A stretch of 50,174 bases of DNA, filler included, from Catajapyx aquilonaris (taxonomy: Eukaryota): assembly GCA_000934665.2 (NCBI GenBank). It is 2 parts of 2 records of this genome, joined end to end, with 100 filler letters (N's around TTAATTAATTAA, not from the genome) between each part and the next. Parts side by side here need not be neighbours in the genome. Positions count along the whole stretch, not along the records: positions 25,092 to 50,174 come from JYFJ02005431.1; 1 more part is not named here. The stretch is one strand, 5' to 3'. Positions 38,287 to 50,174 of the stretch are shown piece by piece. Below the pieces are notes generated by a model. That model did no database searches and had not been told where the DNA came from. It saw only the letters and a program-made list of their open reading frames with translations. The position numbers and the translations under genes were made by a program. How positions within the stretch are numbered: position 1 is the stretch's first letter; every line of letters starts with the position of its first letter.

Positions 38287-38579
38287 ACTGAAGCAGGTTG
38301 GCATAGTGGATAAGGCGTCCGACTGCTAATCGGGAGGTCCTGGGTTCGAATCCCGGGGGCGGCAACTCTGACCGTGGTTTTCTGTGGTTTCCCACGGTCC
38401 TTCCAGGAAAATTCCGGAGTTGTTTCCGTAATTAACAGGCCACAGCAGCTTCCTTCCGTCCCTATCCCATCCCAAAAAGTGCAGTAAAATGAAAGCAAAG
38501 AATTCCAGGCAAAAGAAAACTTCCCCCCTAAAGAGCCGAAAAGGCTGATAAAGGGGTATGAATGATTAATTATTATTAT
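38287..38579 (+). mobile_element. tRNA-derived SINE (family B, tail type X-like)
   Basis: A box TGGCATAGTGG, B box GGTTCGAATCC; body GGTTTTCTGTGGTTTCCC...TTCCAGG...GGCCACAGCAGCTTCCTTCC as seen in arthropod SINEs; (TTA)n tail; 13-bp TSD tatatacagggtg at 38274-38286 and 38580-38592. Confidence 0.88.
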
Positions 38580-38585
38580 TATATA

Positions 38586-38799
38586 CAGGGTGTTTCAACT
38601 TTTTTGTCCGAACAACAGTTATTGGAAATATTGCACTATAAGCTGCTACTTTGTAAGCAGTGACTTGCAACCGGTTTGTCAGAGGAATGGGAAATATTCC
38701 CTGCAAATCTTAGGTTGAAGTGGCATACACTACTTACAAAGTAGCAGCTCAGTGCAATATTTCCCATAACTGTTCAGACAAAAAAGTTGAAACACCCCG
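38586..38799. mobile_element. Palindromic Tc1/mariner-type MITE
   Basis: TA|CAGGGTGTTTCAACTTTTTTGTC ... GACAAAAAAGTTGAAACACCCCG|TA; arms pair for ~75 bp. Confidence 0.88.
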
Positions 38800-39703
38800 T
38801 ATATTTTCATTATGATTAATATGTTCCTATATGTTTCAATCCTAATATACTCGTAGATGGAGGGTTGACTGGGTGTGCAACCAACAGGGGCTGCGGTGGT
38901 CTAAGTCGGTGTCCTAGGGTAGCATCTTCAAAAACTGCAGTGTTAGTGCTCCCAACGTACTATATTTTATGCTATTTCTCAAGAGGGCACATGGACTATG
39001 TCTGGATAACTGGTAATGATCCTAGGAGGCGGTCCGGAGGAAATGGTACTTCAACCGGGCGTTACGTAAAAGGACCAGCTTGTAACATCTGAAAAGCAAA
39101 TAATGAAGACACTGTGCCAGATGGCCTCAATGGGCGGAGCACTAAACCCAATTATTATTAATTATTAGTATGTACTTGCCGCAGCTCTAGGACTAAAGTA
39201 TTCCGACTGCTTCTCTGTGCACTTTTGGGAGACCTTCGCAAAAGAAGAAGCGCCTGCTATTGACAAGGGAAGGTTGAAAGTGCATTAACCCTTGGACAGT
39301 GACCAACGCCACTTTTTTTGTTGTTGTAACATGAAAAATTTATTAGTAGTTTAATTTTGTGAGAAAATAGCACAACCAGGAAAAAATGTATTAGGTACTG
39401 ATGCATAGTTGGTGCCAAGACTGCATTCCAGGAATGATTCACATCCTTATTTCTACTGCAACATTTAGATCTGGCTGCACCAGTTCCTGAAAGTAAGCCA
39501 GAAAGTAGTCCTAAAATTTTTATCATTCACAGTTCCTCTGAAAATGAGAGGTTTCCCCCAGTAAATCCAATCTGAATATGGGATCTTTCAAACCAAAATA
39601 ATTCTGTCAATCATGATTATGGGAAAATTTATTACCATTAAAAATGTACAGCTCCACATAAATTTTTACATTGATCACCCAAGTAGTTAATAGTTTGATT
39701 TTA

Positions 39704-42700
39704 TTAGTAACCATTCCTGGGCTTTAATTTTCCTGGTTCCTTACACGGGGGCAGATTTGTTTGTGTAAGAGTATCTCCAATCATTTTGGCCAGCAAAATA
39801 TCAACATATCCTCCTCGTCTAGCAACTGCCAAAAGTGGTACAGGTTGAACCGACTCTCCCACCCCAAGTTTGAAGTGAGCAACATTAATTGCTCCCAAGA
39901 TAGGCAACTGCTGGTGGGAAATGAATCCCGACATTCCAGAATAACGATGCAGATGGACACCCCAGTCAAGCTCAATGGAGAACAGGAATGTTGTTGACGA
40001 CTGACCAGTGCCAATTGAAAATGCACCAACTGAAGTTGGGTTGCTGACTACAATGTCATGGAGAATACTGGGGTCATCTGTCACATTTTTCCATAGCTGG
40101 AAATAATTGCCAGTTATTTCACTGCAACTGGAATCAGCCTCAAGTGCACTTACCTGTATTGTGTTGCAAAGCCCTGTCATTTCTTGTCTTGAAGTTGTAG
40201 CTGCAAGGACCTGATTGTCAACAGCCATAATTGCAAATTGATTCAGCTGGTGCTTATATATACGGTTCTGTAACAGTATCATGCCATCAGCTGTCCAGAT
40301 GGATAAGTATTCATTTCCCGATGTTGCAATGTATGCTGAATCACCTACCACCAGTGTGTTAATTTCATCTGTAATGAAAAACGTCAAGTTAGTCAGGTTT
40401 TTTGACTTCTCTTGCAACACTTAGTTTCTGCAATTTTAATTCTAGTCTTACTTGAACATAATGACCATTTGCAAGTCTGAGAAGTCTCGATAACTTTAAA
40501 TAGCAACTGAAGTAGACACAGGTACTTTAAACATGCTTACTGAAAGTGCCAGTGATATTATATTTCAGCTCAAATTTTCCATCTGTCCACGTCCATTGAG
40601 AGAGTTTTGAACTTGTTGCGATGAAAAGGAAAGTGGCACCACGATAGCTGATTACTGCGATAGATTTGGGTTGCCCTAAATCTTCCACTTTCTGGTAAAA
40701 CTCAAAAGTACTCCAGTCTTGTAATATCCAAACTGACACTCCAGAAGGGTTGCAGGTGCTGTTACCAAGTGTCACTAGATATGTAGCACCATAATCAGTG
40801 AAAGTTTGCCACTTCATCACAGACCCAAGTTGTGGGCGGGAAGCCGGGAAGAAGCTGAGTCGAGTTTCATCCCATGAATATTGAATGGTGGTACAGTTGG
40901 CGAGGCTCACCAGCAGATGGTCACTCTCCTCATACTGAAATGATTGATCATCAGCCCTGTTGAAATCACCTCAAATCAGAATGGTCAATTTACTTACTCG
41001 GAAGTGATGCATTCCAACGACATCTTGGGTTAGTGTCAGTGTCTGCAGATCATCAAAGTAATCTAACCTGTACACAGAATTCTCCATGTGTTGGCTCAGC
41101 AAATTGGTGGCCTTGCAATGGGTGAAGTAGTTGTCTCGGATTGCTTTCAAATCAGCATTGATTCCATTCAATCCCCATTCCAGGCTGCCGGCCAGTTCAT
41201 CCAGATCAACTCCATCAAGAAGGGACTTTCCAGTGACATTATCCGCAAACTCAACTGGTCCTAACAATGTCCAGGAGCCAAATATTGTTTGCGATTGAGT
41301 CTTTGAAAGCAGGAGCTGGCTCAGTGAGGTCAGATTTATATTGTTAGTAAGACCTGAGGCAAGGTCTCCACTTAGAGCGACATTGTGAAAATTCATGGTT
41401 CCAGGTAAAATTTGTTCGGTGTTCAGGGTCACTAATTCTGACGTTTTATACCCATTCAGAGTGCCCAGAGAGAGGTTACCATCAATTATGACCTCTCCCG
41501 AGAACATTTTTGGTCCTGTGACTGTCTGATATCCATGACTGAGTAGTGTATCTTGGTACTCTTCCATGAGGTTGAATCCATTCACCATTCCACCAACCCT
41601 AACATCACTTACAAGTGTCAGGTCACCTATCTTGATATTCTCAAGGGATTGATTTGTTGTCAATGTGACCACATCCTGGAGTTGGATCTCATTTAGCTCT
41701 GCCACTGTAACATCACCAGCAACATTTATATGGCCAAATTGTTTGACTCCAAGTACACTCTGGGTTCCATCTAGATATACTGCTTCGAGGGACATTTGAG
41801 TCACATTTAGGCCTGTGAGAAGTCCAGTGTCAAGGTTGCCTAATACCATTAGCCTGCTAGCAGTTATGTCAGAAGTGAATTGGATGGTCCCTTCTATCTT
41901 GCTTGTTTGATCCACCAAAGCCACATTGGAAGCAAGAGCTAAGAGGTTGATTCCATTGTAAAGTCCTGCTAGTGATGCGTTGTTTAGCACTACCTGAAAA
42001 ACGGCAAATTAGTTACCCTGATAATGGGTCTCACAAATGACATTTACTTCTCCAATGAAGGTCTTTTTCCCTTGAACCACAGCATACTGGTCTTTATATA
42101 TACTCTGGGCAAGGAATTCACTCCAGTCTACATCACTGATAGTGCCATTGACTGTCAGTGTGCCAGTAGTGACACTACCTATAAAGCTCATGTCACCTGC
42201 AATTGAGATTTCAATTAATCCTTTTGTATCTGTCAACATGTGGTACACAGGCTACAATCTGGCTTACCATGGATGATGTTTATTCCATTCTCCCAGGAAT
42301 ACCTTTTAGTCAAAGTTGGAATATCAACATCATTTATTCTCCCTTGGACATGTAGGTCGTCAGTTACGATGACATCACCCATGTGATATGGTGCTAAAAG
42401 GAAATGTCAACACTTAGAATATTCATTACAAAGGATTCCTGCCAGAATATACACCACAATAAGTTTAGTGAAAGTTGTTCCTAGTAATATTAGATGGAAA
42501 AGGGAATGCATTTTGAAACATTCTTTGAGTAGAGAAAATCTGGGACTGAAAGTTTGAGCATTTGAAAGGCACTAAACCTGCCAGAATTTAGATTTTTATG
42601 ACAATGGTAGATGGTCAATGCATTGCATATTATTCATTAAAACTGATATTTAATAAATCAGTGCTGAGTCAATGTATGGTGCACAAGTGGCAAAGCAGCA

Positions 42701-45700
42701 AATGAGAAGATGGTGAATCCAGCATCCACAAATTTTAATTTATTGAAATTACAATAATTGTCTAACAAATGTGCTACTGAAAAATGGGCCTTCACACGTA
42801 ATAATTAAAATTCTACACTAATACCTTCTGTGGCCATTTCAAATGAAAAAATTGCAAGCTTTCAAATTTTGCGCCCATAATTTTACTCAGACACCATACA
42901 TAACTCACTCATCTTCTCGTCATACTCTACTACTTCCACAAGAATTATGGTACACTGACAAATCAATCCTGGCAGGGATTCTTTTAGTATAAATTTACCT
43001 GTGATTTCCTGATCAGTGTTTGTGGTTAAGAGGGTTTTCTTGAAGTTCTTTCCATTAAGGGTTGTTGCATTGATGTCACCCATGACATAGACAGATGAAA
43101 ACTTCTTCACACCACCAAGGTGTATGTGTTTGCCTCGTCTTGCAATATCACTATCAAGTTCACGTACATCAACCCCAGACACTAGCCCATGAACGGTGGC
43201 ATTTTTGATGATCAGTTGACTGGTGAATTCCATCTTTCCAGATATGTAATTATTCCTCTCGATCCATACAGCATCTTGTGCTACTGCTGACAAGTTAAAT
43301 CCATTGATACCCCATGTAGTTGTGACATCACCTGTGACATTTATGGTTGACTGAGACACAGTCCCAGTAAATATTTGATGGTCCTTATGCTTCTTCAAGG
43401 AGAACTGGTCCAGTTGTGGTAGTGATAGTCCATCAATCAGTGGTGTCTCCAAATCACCAGTTATTTCCAACGAGTCAAATGAGTAGTGACTTTGCAGGGT
43501 TTGCTCACCAGCTAAGTTGACCCTTCTGTTAACCCAATCACTTAGATCTACTTCATTTAGTGATGTTGCATCAACATCATGCTCAACTTCCAGCCACTCA
43601 AGGTGGATGTTATCCATAGTTACATCACCTTTCGTCACTTCTTTCGGGCCCAACTTGGCAGCCATTTCCCAAAATGTGACACTATTAATAGGGCTTGTAA
43701 TTTCAATGAACTCAGCTGATACATTTTCAAAGTGGAGATGTGAGTCTATTTTACTGTCACCTGTGATTCTCACTGCTTTCTGTGACAGGTCAGTTAAGTT
43801 GACACCACCAATCAGGCCCAAAACAGACATTTTATTGGCTGATATACCAGATGCAAATGTCTTTTCTCCTCTCACAGTGTGATCAGAATTGGTGGAAACA
43901 ATGTCCGACACATTCAGGCCATTGAGAAGTCCAGTGATAGTGGTGTCTCCCAAGATCAGGCCTTCATTAAAAGTAGTCAAGCCGGAGATGGTTGCTTCTG
44001 GTAAATCCTGTGCAGAGACATTAGATTACCCTATTTATATAGCAGTGATATCAGCTACTAACTTACATCATACAAAACTGAATTGAATAGTTCTTCCACC
44101 AATTCATCATTTAGCTCTTCTTCAATAATAATTTCATTTATATCCACATTTCCAACAAATGTAACATCTGAGTTTATGTAGTGCTCCTCAACAGTCTCAT
44201 TTAAAAGACCCTTGTGCATCAAGTCTGCCACATCAATACCATCCACGGGGCCAAGCACCTGTTGGGAAATAAAGTCATTTATCACGGCTAATTTATGCAT
44301 ACCAAATCATACCTTTAGATTTTTCTTTACAAGAATTTCCTTCGTGAAAATGTGATGTCCACTAAGAACCTGTGGAGTGCTAATAGTGATTACATCATTG
44401 TCCAAGTCAATTCCATCTACCAACCCATCAACTGAGGCATTGTTGACATTCATGATGGAAAAGTAATGATGCGCTGAGATTATGCTAGGAGACATTGTCC
44501 TAACATAGTCATTAGGGAAGTGCAATCCATTAAGATGTTGCAGGTGATCAATCAAGTTAGCATTCAGGCCAGTCAGGTATTTGATACCTATGATCTGGTT
44601 ATAATCAGTATCAACTCTGATTATGTTTTTCACAAGATCTGTCACATCTTGTTCATTAAGGGTGCCAACCTGAACATCACCATTGATGATGACATGATTT
44701 ACTTTGAGTTTTCCTGAAATGTCCTGTACAGTTGATTTTGTCAGAAGATTGTTAACTTCATTTGTTATATTAATGCCATCCACAAAACCATCAACTGTGA
44801 CAGTCTCAGCAATAATGTCTTCAAAGGTTTGGGAGCCAATGTCACTTCCAATGTGACTAACTTCCCTGGATAGGTCAACTCCATTCACTTGTGTACCATC
44901 AGGAAGGATTACACTTCCAAGGACTTTTAACTGGTGGTGGTATGTCACCTCGCCATTAATTTCCACAGGTGCATTGGTTTTGACCAAATCCTCAGGCTTC
45001 ATACCATTGATTGTTTCTACATTTAAGTTCTGAATATAGGCAGGGCTGGTAAAGGTTTTGTGGCCTTCCAGGTCAATGTTAGATGCATCAGTTCTATAGA
45101 AAAGTAAATGATTAGTTAGGGGTCAAGCATTTGTTACACTTGGTAACTTACGTCACTATTGAATTCAGTAGTTCGTTTATGTCCATCCCATTGATGTATT
45201 GTACATCCAGTGTATTGATTGCACCTGCTGTTGCCTTTACCAGTCCTGTGATTTTCTTCTGTGCATCTATGACTGTGTGAGGATCATCCAAGTACACAGC
45301 ATCTGAACAAAATAAGCTACATAATAACTCAGAAAACATCATTAAATTTTTTTCTTTACCTGACAGTGCTCCTTCCAGAACTTTTATGTTGTTTTCCAGC
45401 TCAACTAACAAGCTTTCAATATAGGATAGGTTTGTGGCTGTATCTCCTGGAGTCCAGTCAAGGCCCAAATACTTCACGCTATCCATCTCGAGCTGATCTG
45501 TTCCTGACACCTCCACTTCTTTAGCTACAATCTAAATTAAGAATGCCGTGAGCCGCCCCAGGTCACTTTAAAATATAAGCCACATACCTCTCCAGTCACA
45601 TTCCACTGCGCTGAAACAACATTAGCCGAGTTAGTATCTATTGCGTCATGCAAGACATTCTTTATGTTCTGCACAACATTCATCTGCTCTTCTTCATCCT

Positions 45701-48621
45701 TCTTCATAAGCATGTATGCTTGCAGCAACCTCTTGCTTTCTTCTCTCACTGGATCCTGCAGCTCTTCCAAGATCCAGTCAATTTTGAGTACCCGTGTGGA
45801 AGATCCCAACATTGGTAAGAGGATCAGGTCACACCCAGTGACCATTGCAGCTCCTTCAAGGATGGGTGATACCCCGATAATGCAATTGGCACTTGTCCCA
45901 TCAGAACAAGGAAGATGCTGATGCACAAAGCGCCTTTGACCAGCATTCCAGCTGAAGAAGTGGAACTTTGCTCCATTGTTTTTTCTGCGTCTCTGGCCTA
46001 TTAGTAAAACTTCATCACGGTGGGCATCAATAGGTAATGGAACCCAGGCTACTACATCTTTCAAGCTCAAGTCCTGAAGAGGTAGGAATTTCTCTCCAGT
46101 ACTAGATAGAAGCAAGAGGGATGCATTTGCTTCAGGTGAATAGCGCTCCAGCAGAAGATGGTGACGGAATCCAACTCTGAAGTGCTGGAGGCGGTCCACT
46201 TGGATGCCAGGGATTTGCTGGAGAATCTCAAATTTGCTCTGAAATAAAATGTGGGTTAGGTATGCAGTTGAGAAGTTCATAAATGCATAGTCACCTTGCT
46301 TGCTTGATGAACAGTGACTTCCTGCTTGGCCAAGTCAGAAACTGCAAGGAAACACCTCTCTCCAGCTTGGAACACCTTGGCATCTACAGGGTGACCTGCT
46401 AGAACCGTTTCAGACAGCCACATATCAATCTTATTCTTCAGGACAGTAACATCCATGATCGCCATTGTTGTCTACAAAAATATAGATATTTTGTTTGTAT
46501 TATCCAACCTGACTAATGATTGGGGTAGCATACCATGTCAAATTGACTGCAATAGAATTTAAAAAAAGGGGGAAACCATGTGATTTTATAGATCTACATT
46601 TCCATATGGATATAGTGTGTTCCAATTGAATTGGATGTACCAGTACTAGTAGTGATTAGCGATTTTTCCACTTAGCTGCTTATGAAGCAATCATCATCAG
46701 AACAGCTACTTTTTGTAGGTTATCAAATATTACCAGCTGTAGCTGGCACTAGAGCGAATGAAAGCATCATTTGAAACTGCTACGAGTACAGAGGATCTAG
46801 CTGCTTCAAAAAATGGGTCAATAATCAATGATCGCAGGTACCAGTTGGTCAAAATGGGTCACTATAATGTCTAGTCTTGAATGAAAGTGTTGACCCACTA
46901 CAATTTTTAGTGGAAGTTGTTCCTAATAATGCCAGATGAAAAGTGAAATTTAGTTTAGTCATATTTACTCTGGTATTGCGAAAATCTGCATTTTACTTTC
47001 AAATAACCACATGAATGTTCTACAATTTCACTAACTGTTCGGACACAGCTCAATAAGCAGTGTAGTGCCAAAATTTGTTTATATTATTTCCTCCATATCA
47101 ATAGCAACCAACTGTATCAAGTTCGGGGACAAGATATTTGTAATCTTGTATGAAACTGATGGAAGTGTTAATGCTCAATTAGATCCAATGGTCAAATCTT
47201 GAAATCAAACTCACCTCCTGATTGTAAGAATCATCTCCTCCAGCAACATCAGGAAGCACCATGAGCCGCAAGTCCCCATCCTGCTGAAAGAGCTGTATCT
47301 TCTTGACAGATCGATGTAAGAGCCAATTGGAAGGCACAAGAACGAGGTTATCATCTTCAAGGCGATACCACACCAGCACGGGCTCTTGAGGATTCACAAC
47401 TAAAGCCACCAGCACTTCCTGACTCCTTGTGCGCCCATTGTAATAGCTAATACTTGAAGAAGCCACCAAATGTGAACTAAGAGCTGAAAATTTAAATGTC
47501 AATTAGTACAAAAATTATTTGTTATTCACATAGAATCTAACCTGTTTCTCTTCCTCTAAGCGGTGCATCAGGCGTAATCGCAACTTGTACTATGCTATTG
47601 TTTGTTGTCCCAATCATGAAGATTCTCCGCCCAATCTTGTGCGCCACCCATTTTGACACACTATACTCCACCAACGACAGCGTCTTCACATGATCTTCAG
47701 TCACATTGATCACTCTCAATTCTGCAAAGATTCCAGTTATTTGAACATCCGCATGTAGTCAAATCAAGCACGTATTAGTTTTTTGCAACCGCCAAAAGAT
47801 GGCAGCGCGGTGCAAATGAGCCATGCCAAAACTTGCTGAATGGAATGCACCACCCCCCTCTTGATGCCGTTTTTCTTCAGTTTAAAAGGGCTGGCGGGCA
47901 GGAATAAAAGCAAGTAGAGTGCAAATGTAGACAAGCCTGTATGGTTCCCAGCGGGCGGCAGATAAACAAGTTGGGCGCAGAAAAGAGCCACTGATAATAC
48001 AAATCCCAAGCATAACGCCAGCGGAACAAAGCCACTTTGCGGCTTGCAAAGTCCACTGCTCCACACCCCAACCCCCCATTTCCAGACAATCCATTTTACC
48101 GCCTTCCTCCCCCTACCCCCACATAAAAAAAATCTGTGGAGAAAATAGTTCCCTGATTGTCAAATCGATGCACATCTTGGGAACATGCATAATGAATACT
48201 GGTACTCACCTTCTCTGCTTACTGCGGACGAGTTGTACGAATACCATAAATTGTAGGGGTCAACAAAGAGCTGGTCGAGGTCATCGAATCGGACGTTGGC
48301 AGAGGGCTCCTCGCGGTACTTGTGCAGAATTTCTTGCGTTAAAGCGTCGGCTCGTGACCACCAAGAATTGGCCAAGTTCTCCAGATGTCCCGCATCGGTC
48401 GCCTTTATATAAATAATTAAGTAAATCGGATCAGAACCTGAAACTTCGGTTAGCCGACGGACATTATGCCAAGTGGAAACTCTATCCGCAAATTGCACCA
48501 ATTGTAGTGGAATATATCCGTCCAGTGGATGACCACTTACCTGGTATGGTAGTGTGAGAATCATCGTCGACAAGATGTTCATTAGGAGACTGCATAATTG
48601 GGCTCCTCTTCCTGGCGACAT
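39704..48621 (-). CDS. Large secreted repeat protein, Polehole(fs(1)M3)/Nasrat/Closca-like, ~2042 aa, 17 exons: 48621-48541, 48402-48210, 47721-47542, 47483-47215, 46471-46295, 46238-45588, 45531-45360, 45302-45152, 45093-44313, 44258-44067, 44007-42999, 42393-42268, 42196-42048, 41993-40998, 40934-40541, 40368-40154, 40096-39704
   Basis: All junctions are GT-AG with consistent phase (6129 nt). Hydrophobic N-terminus; beta-rich ends with EAR/EPTP-like motifs (FEILQQIP, FEFYQKV, FISHQQLPILGA); central ~38-aa repeats (I/L/V)NG(V/I)D(L/I)...Q-x-I-x-G-x-K-x-F. The gene is well supported; the family assignment is from remembered architecture. Confidence 0.8.
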
Positions 48622-49019
48622 GGTGTCCCCCCCCAGCACTTGGGACAATTGCGGCCTTTCGAGCAGAGGTGAATCAATATTCGGGGCTGATGGTTGTAGT
48701 CGACCGTGGTAGTACGTGTCGTAGAGAAGACTGCCCACCCAGGAGATGGTCACAGAGGTACCGAGTCAGGTTGGGGACTGAGCTCTTTTCAACTGATGTG
48801 GGCCTTTTTTGGGCGTTTTACTGCCTTTCTAGTCACGGGGACTGACGTCATGAAATATCGTTCGCTCGGAAGGATTCTCGGACGATTTGACATTTACGGC
48901 ATACTTCTCCATTGGGTTGAGTCTAACGTGCTGTTCTTAAAGGTGCTCCAGGATTGGATCACTGTAGGTGAAGTTAAATCAGTTTTAAAAATTATTTATT
49001 ATTTAAATGTGAGAATTCG

Positions 49020-49380
49020 GGAGTGATATTTGTATTTGTCAAAAAGGGTATTAGGAGCTTTCAATAATAATATTTCATCTCAATTTTATGGCAATATAGG
49101 CGACGCCCAATTTGTATAGTTTCATATTGTTCATTAAAACTGACATTTAATGGAATTGATGATTATGCACTACTGGTTTCAGTAGGATATTGCTGCAAAT
49201 GGAGTTATTACACTGCACGGCCAATATTGCGCAATCATCAATAATTTCATTAAATGCCAGTCTTAACGAACAATAGGGAATTCTGAAAATGGGATGTCAT
49301 CTGATATGACCATATTTGAAATGAGTTAAAATTCGCAGATTCCTAGTATTTTTTTGGCAGTTTGAAATATGTAAAAATTT
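49020..49380. repeat. Old degenerate inverted-repeat element (MITE-like)
   Basis: tattgttcattaaaactgacatttaatggaatt (~49125) pairs with aatttcattaaatgccagtcttaacgaacaata (~49243-49275), with weaker pairing further out. Confidence 0.6.
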
Positions 49381-50080
49381 ACATTATTGCTATTTTTAAA
49401 TCCCTGCTTCTCGCAACTCGTAGATAATGGGTAAAAATGGGTCCACATTTTCATTTTTCCACCATAAGTTACATAAAATTTTATATTATTAGGAACAACA
49501 ACCTTTACTGAAAATGATCGAGGAAAAGGGGCGCGGCTGGAATAAGTTCTTTACAACTTGTCACTCGGGCTGGTTCGATATATTATTTTATATAGTGGGC
49601 AGTGTGCAGTCAACATTATGTCAAAGGTTAACCACATTATCTATGGATCACACTAACAAGACCACCAAAACAACCAATTTTTCTGTGTACTCTAGTGTAA
49701 GTGGATGGCTAATTATAATTATGATGCAAGTTAATTTGACCCATTTTGTAAAAAAGTTCTAATGGAGTGGCATCGATCAATATAGGCCATATTGTAGCTA
49801 CTATACATTGGTGTAAGAGCATATACTGTACGCTAGTCAAAAGCAGAGGAGGCAGCTCGGGTGAATTGACTGTACAAGGACAGTAGGCCTACATATAAAA
49901 CATGGGATAAGCATTTTAAAAATTGGAAGCCCTAACATGAATTATTATTGTATGGCCTACCGAAACCTCACATCTTTAATTCTCGATCTCCCGATTAAAA
50001 ATTAAAATTGCCATTATACTGTCAGAGGGCCTCGTCCCTCATGTTGCTCTCCCTTACATGTAGGCCTACAGTAGCCTATA

Positions 50081-50174
50081 CAGGGTGTTTACGACCTAAC
50101 TTTACAAACTTCCAGGGGTAATAGAGGGGACCAAGACAAATATTTTTGACATAGGAAACCGTGTCCGGAAACGC
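50081..50174. mobile_element. Tc1/mariner-type element left end (runs off the window)
   Basis: TA|CAGGGTGTTT terminus like the other elements in the window. Confidence 0.6.

Noticed and set aside
38293..38365. tRNA gene with GCT anticodon
   Set aside because: The acceptor stem does not pair and there is no long variable arm for Ser. It is followed by a SINE body and tail and flanked by a TSD, so it is a SINE head.
46608..46866. Degenerate inverted repeat in an intron of the large gene; also a ~45-bp motif shared by ~42470 and ~46905
   Set aside because: Too decayed to classify; probably old TE debris.

Overview
Invertebrate animal genomic DNA, most likely an arthropod, judged from the gene content, short GT-AG introns and SINE types. 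Five intron-containing genes can be modelled by eye. On the + strand: an Elk/TCF-class ETS factor (1740-3567), Spindly (5448-8087) and a CYB561D-type cytochrome b561 (12882-14565). On the - strand: an unrecognised ~218-aa gene (30038-31023) and a 17-exon, ~2040-aa secreted protein (39704-48621) resembling the Polehole/Nasrat/Closca eggshell family, with a long fibre-like repeat shaft. A 100-bp artificial spacer (N44-TTAATTAATTAA-N44) at 24992-25091 separates a TE-poor left part from a right part rich in Tc1/mariner, pogo and hAT MITEs, tRNA-derived SINEs and a LINE fragment. The most notable items are a phased array of RFX X-box motifs in a CYB561D intron, phage-tail-fibre-like repeats in the large secreted protein, three SINEs showing head/tail module swapping, and a spacerless 92-bp palindrome. 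All gene models and family assignments are by eye, without database searches.
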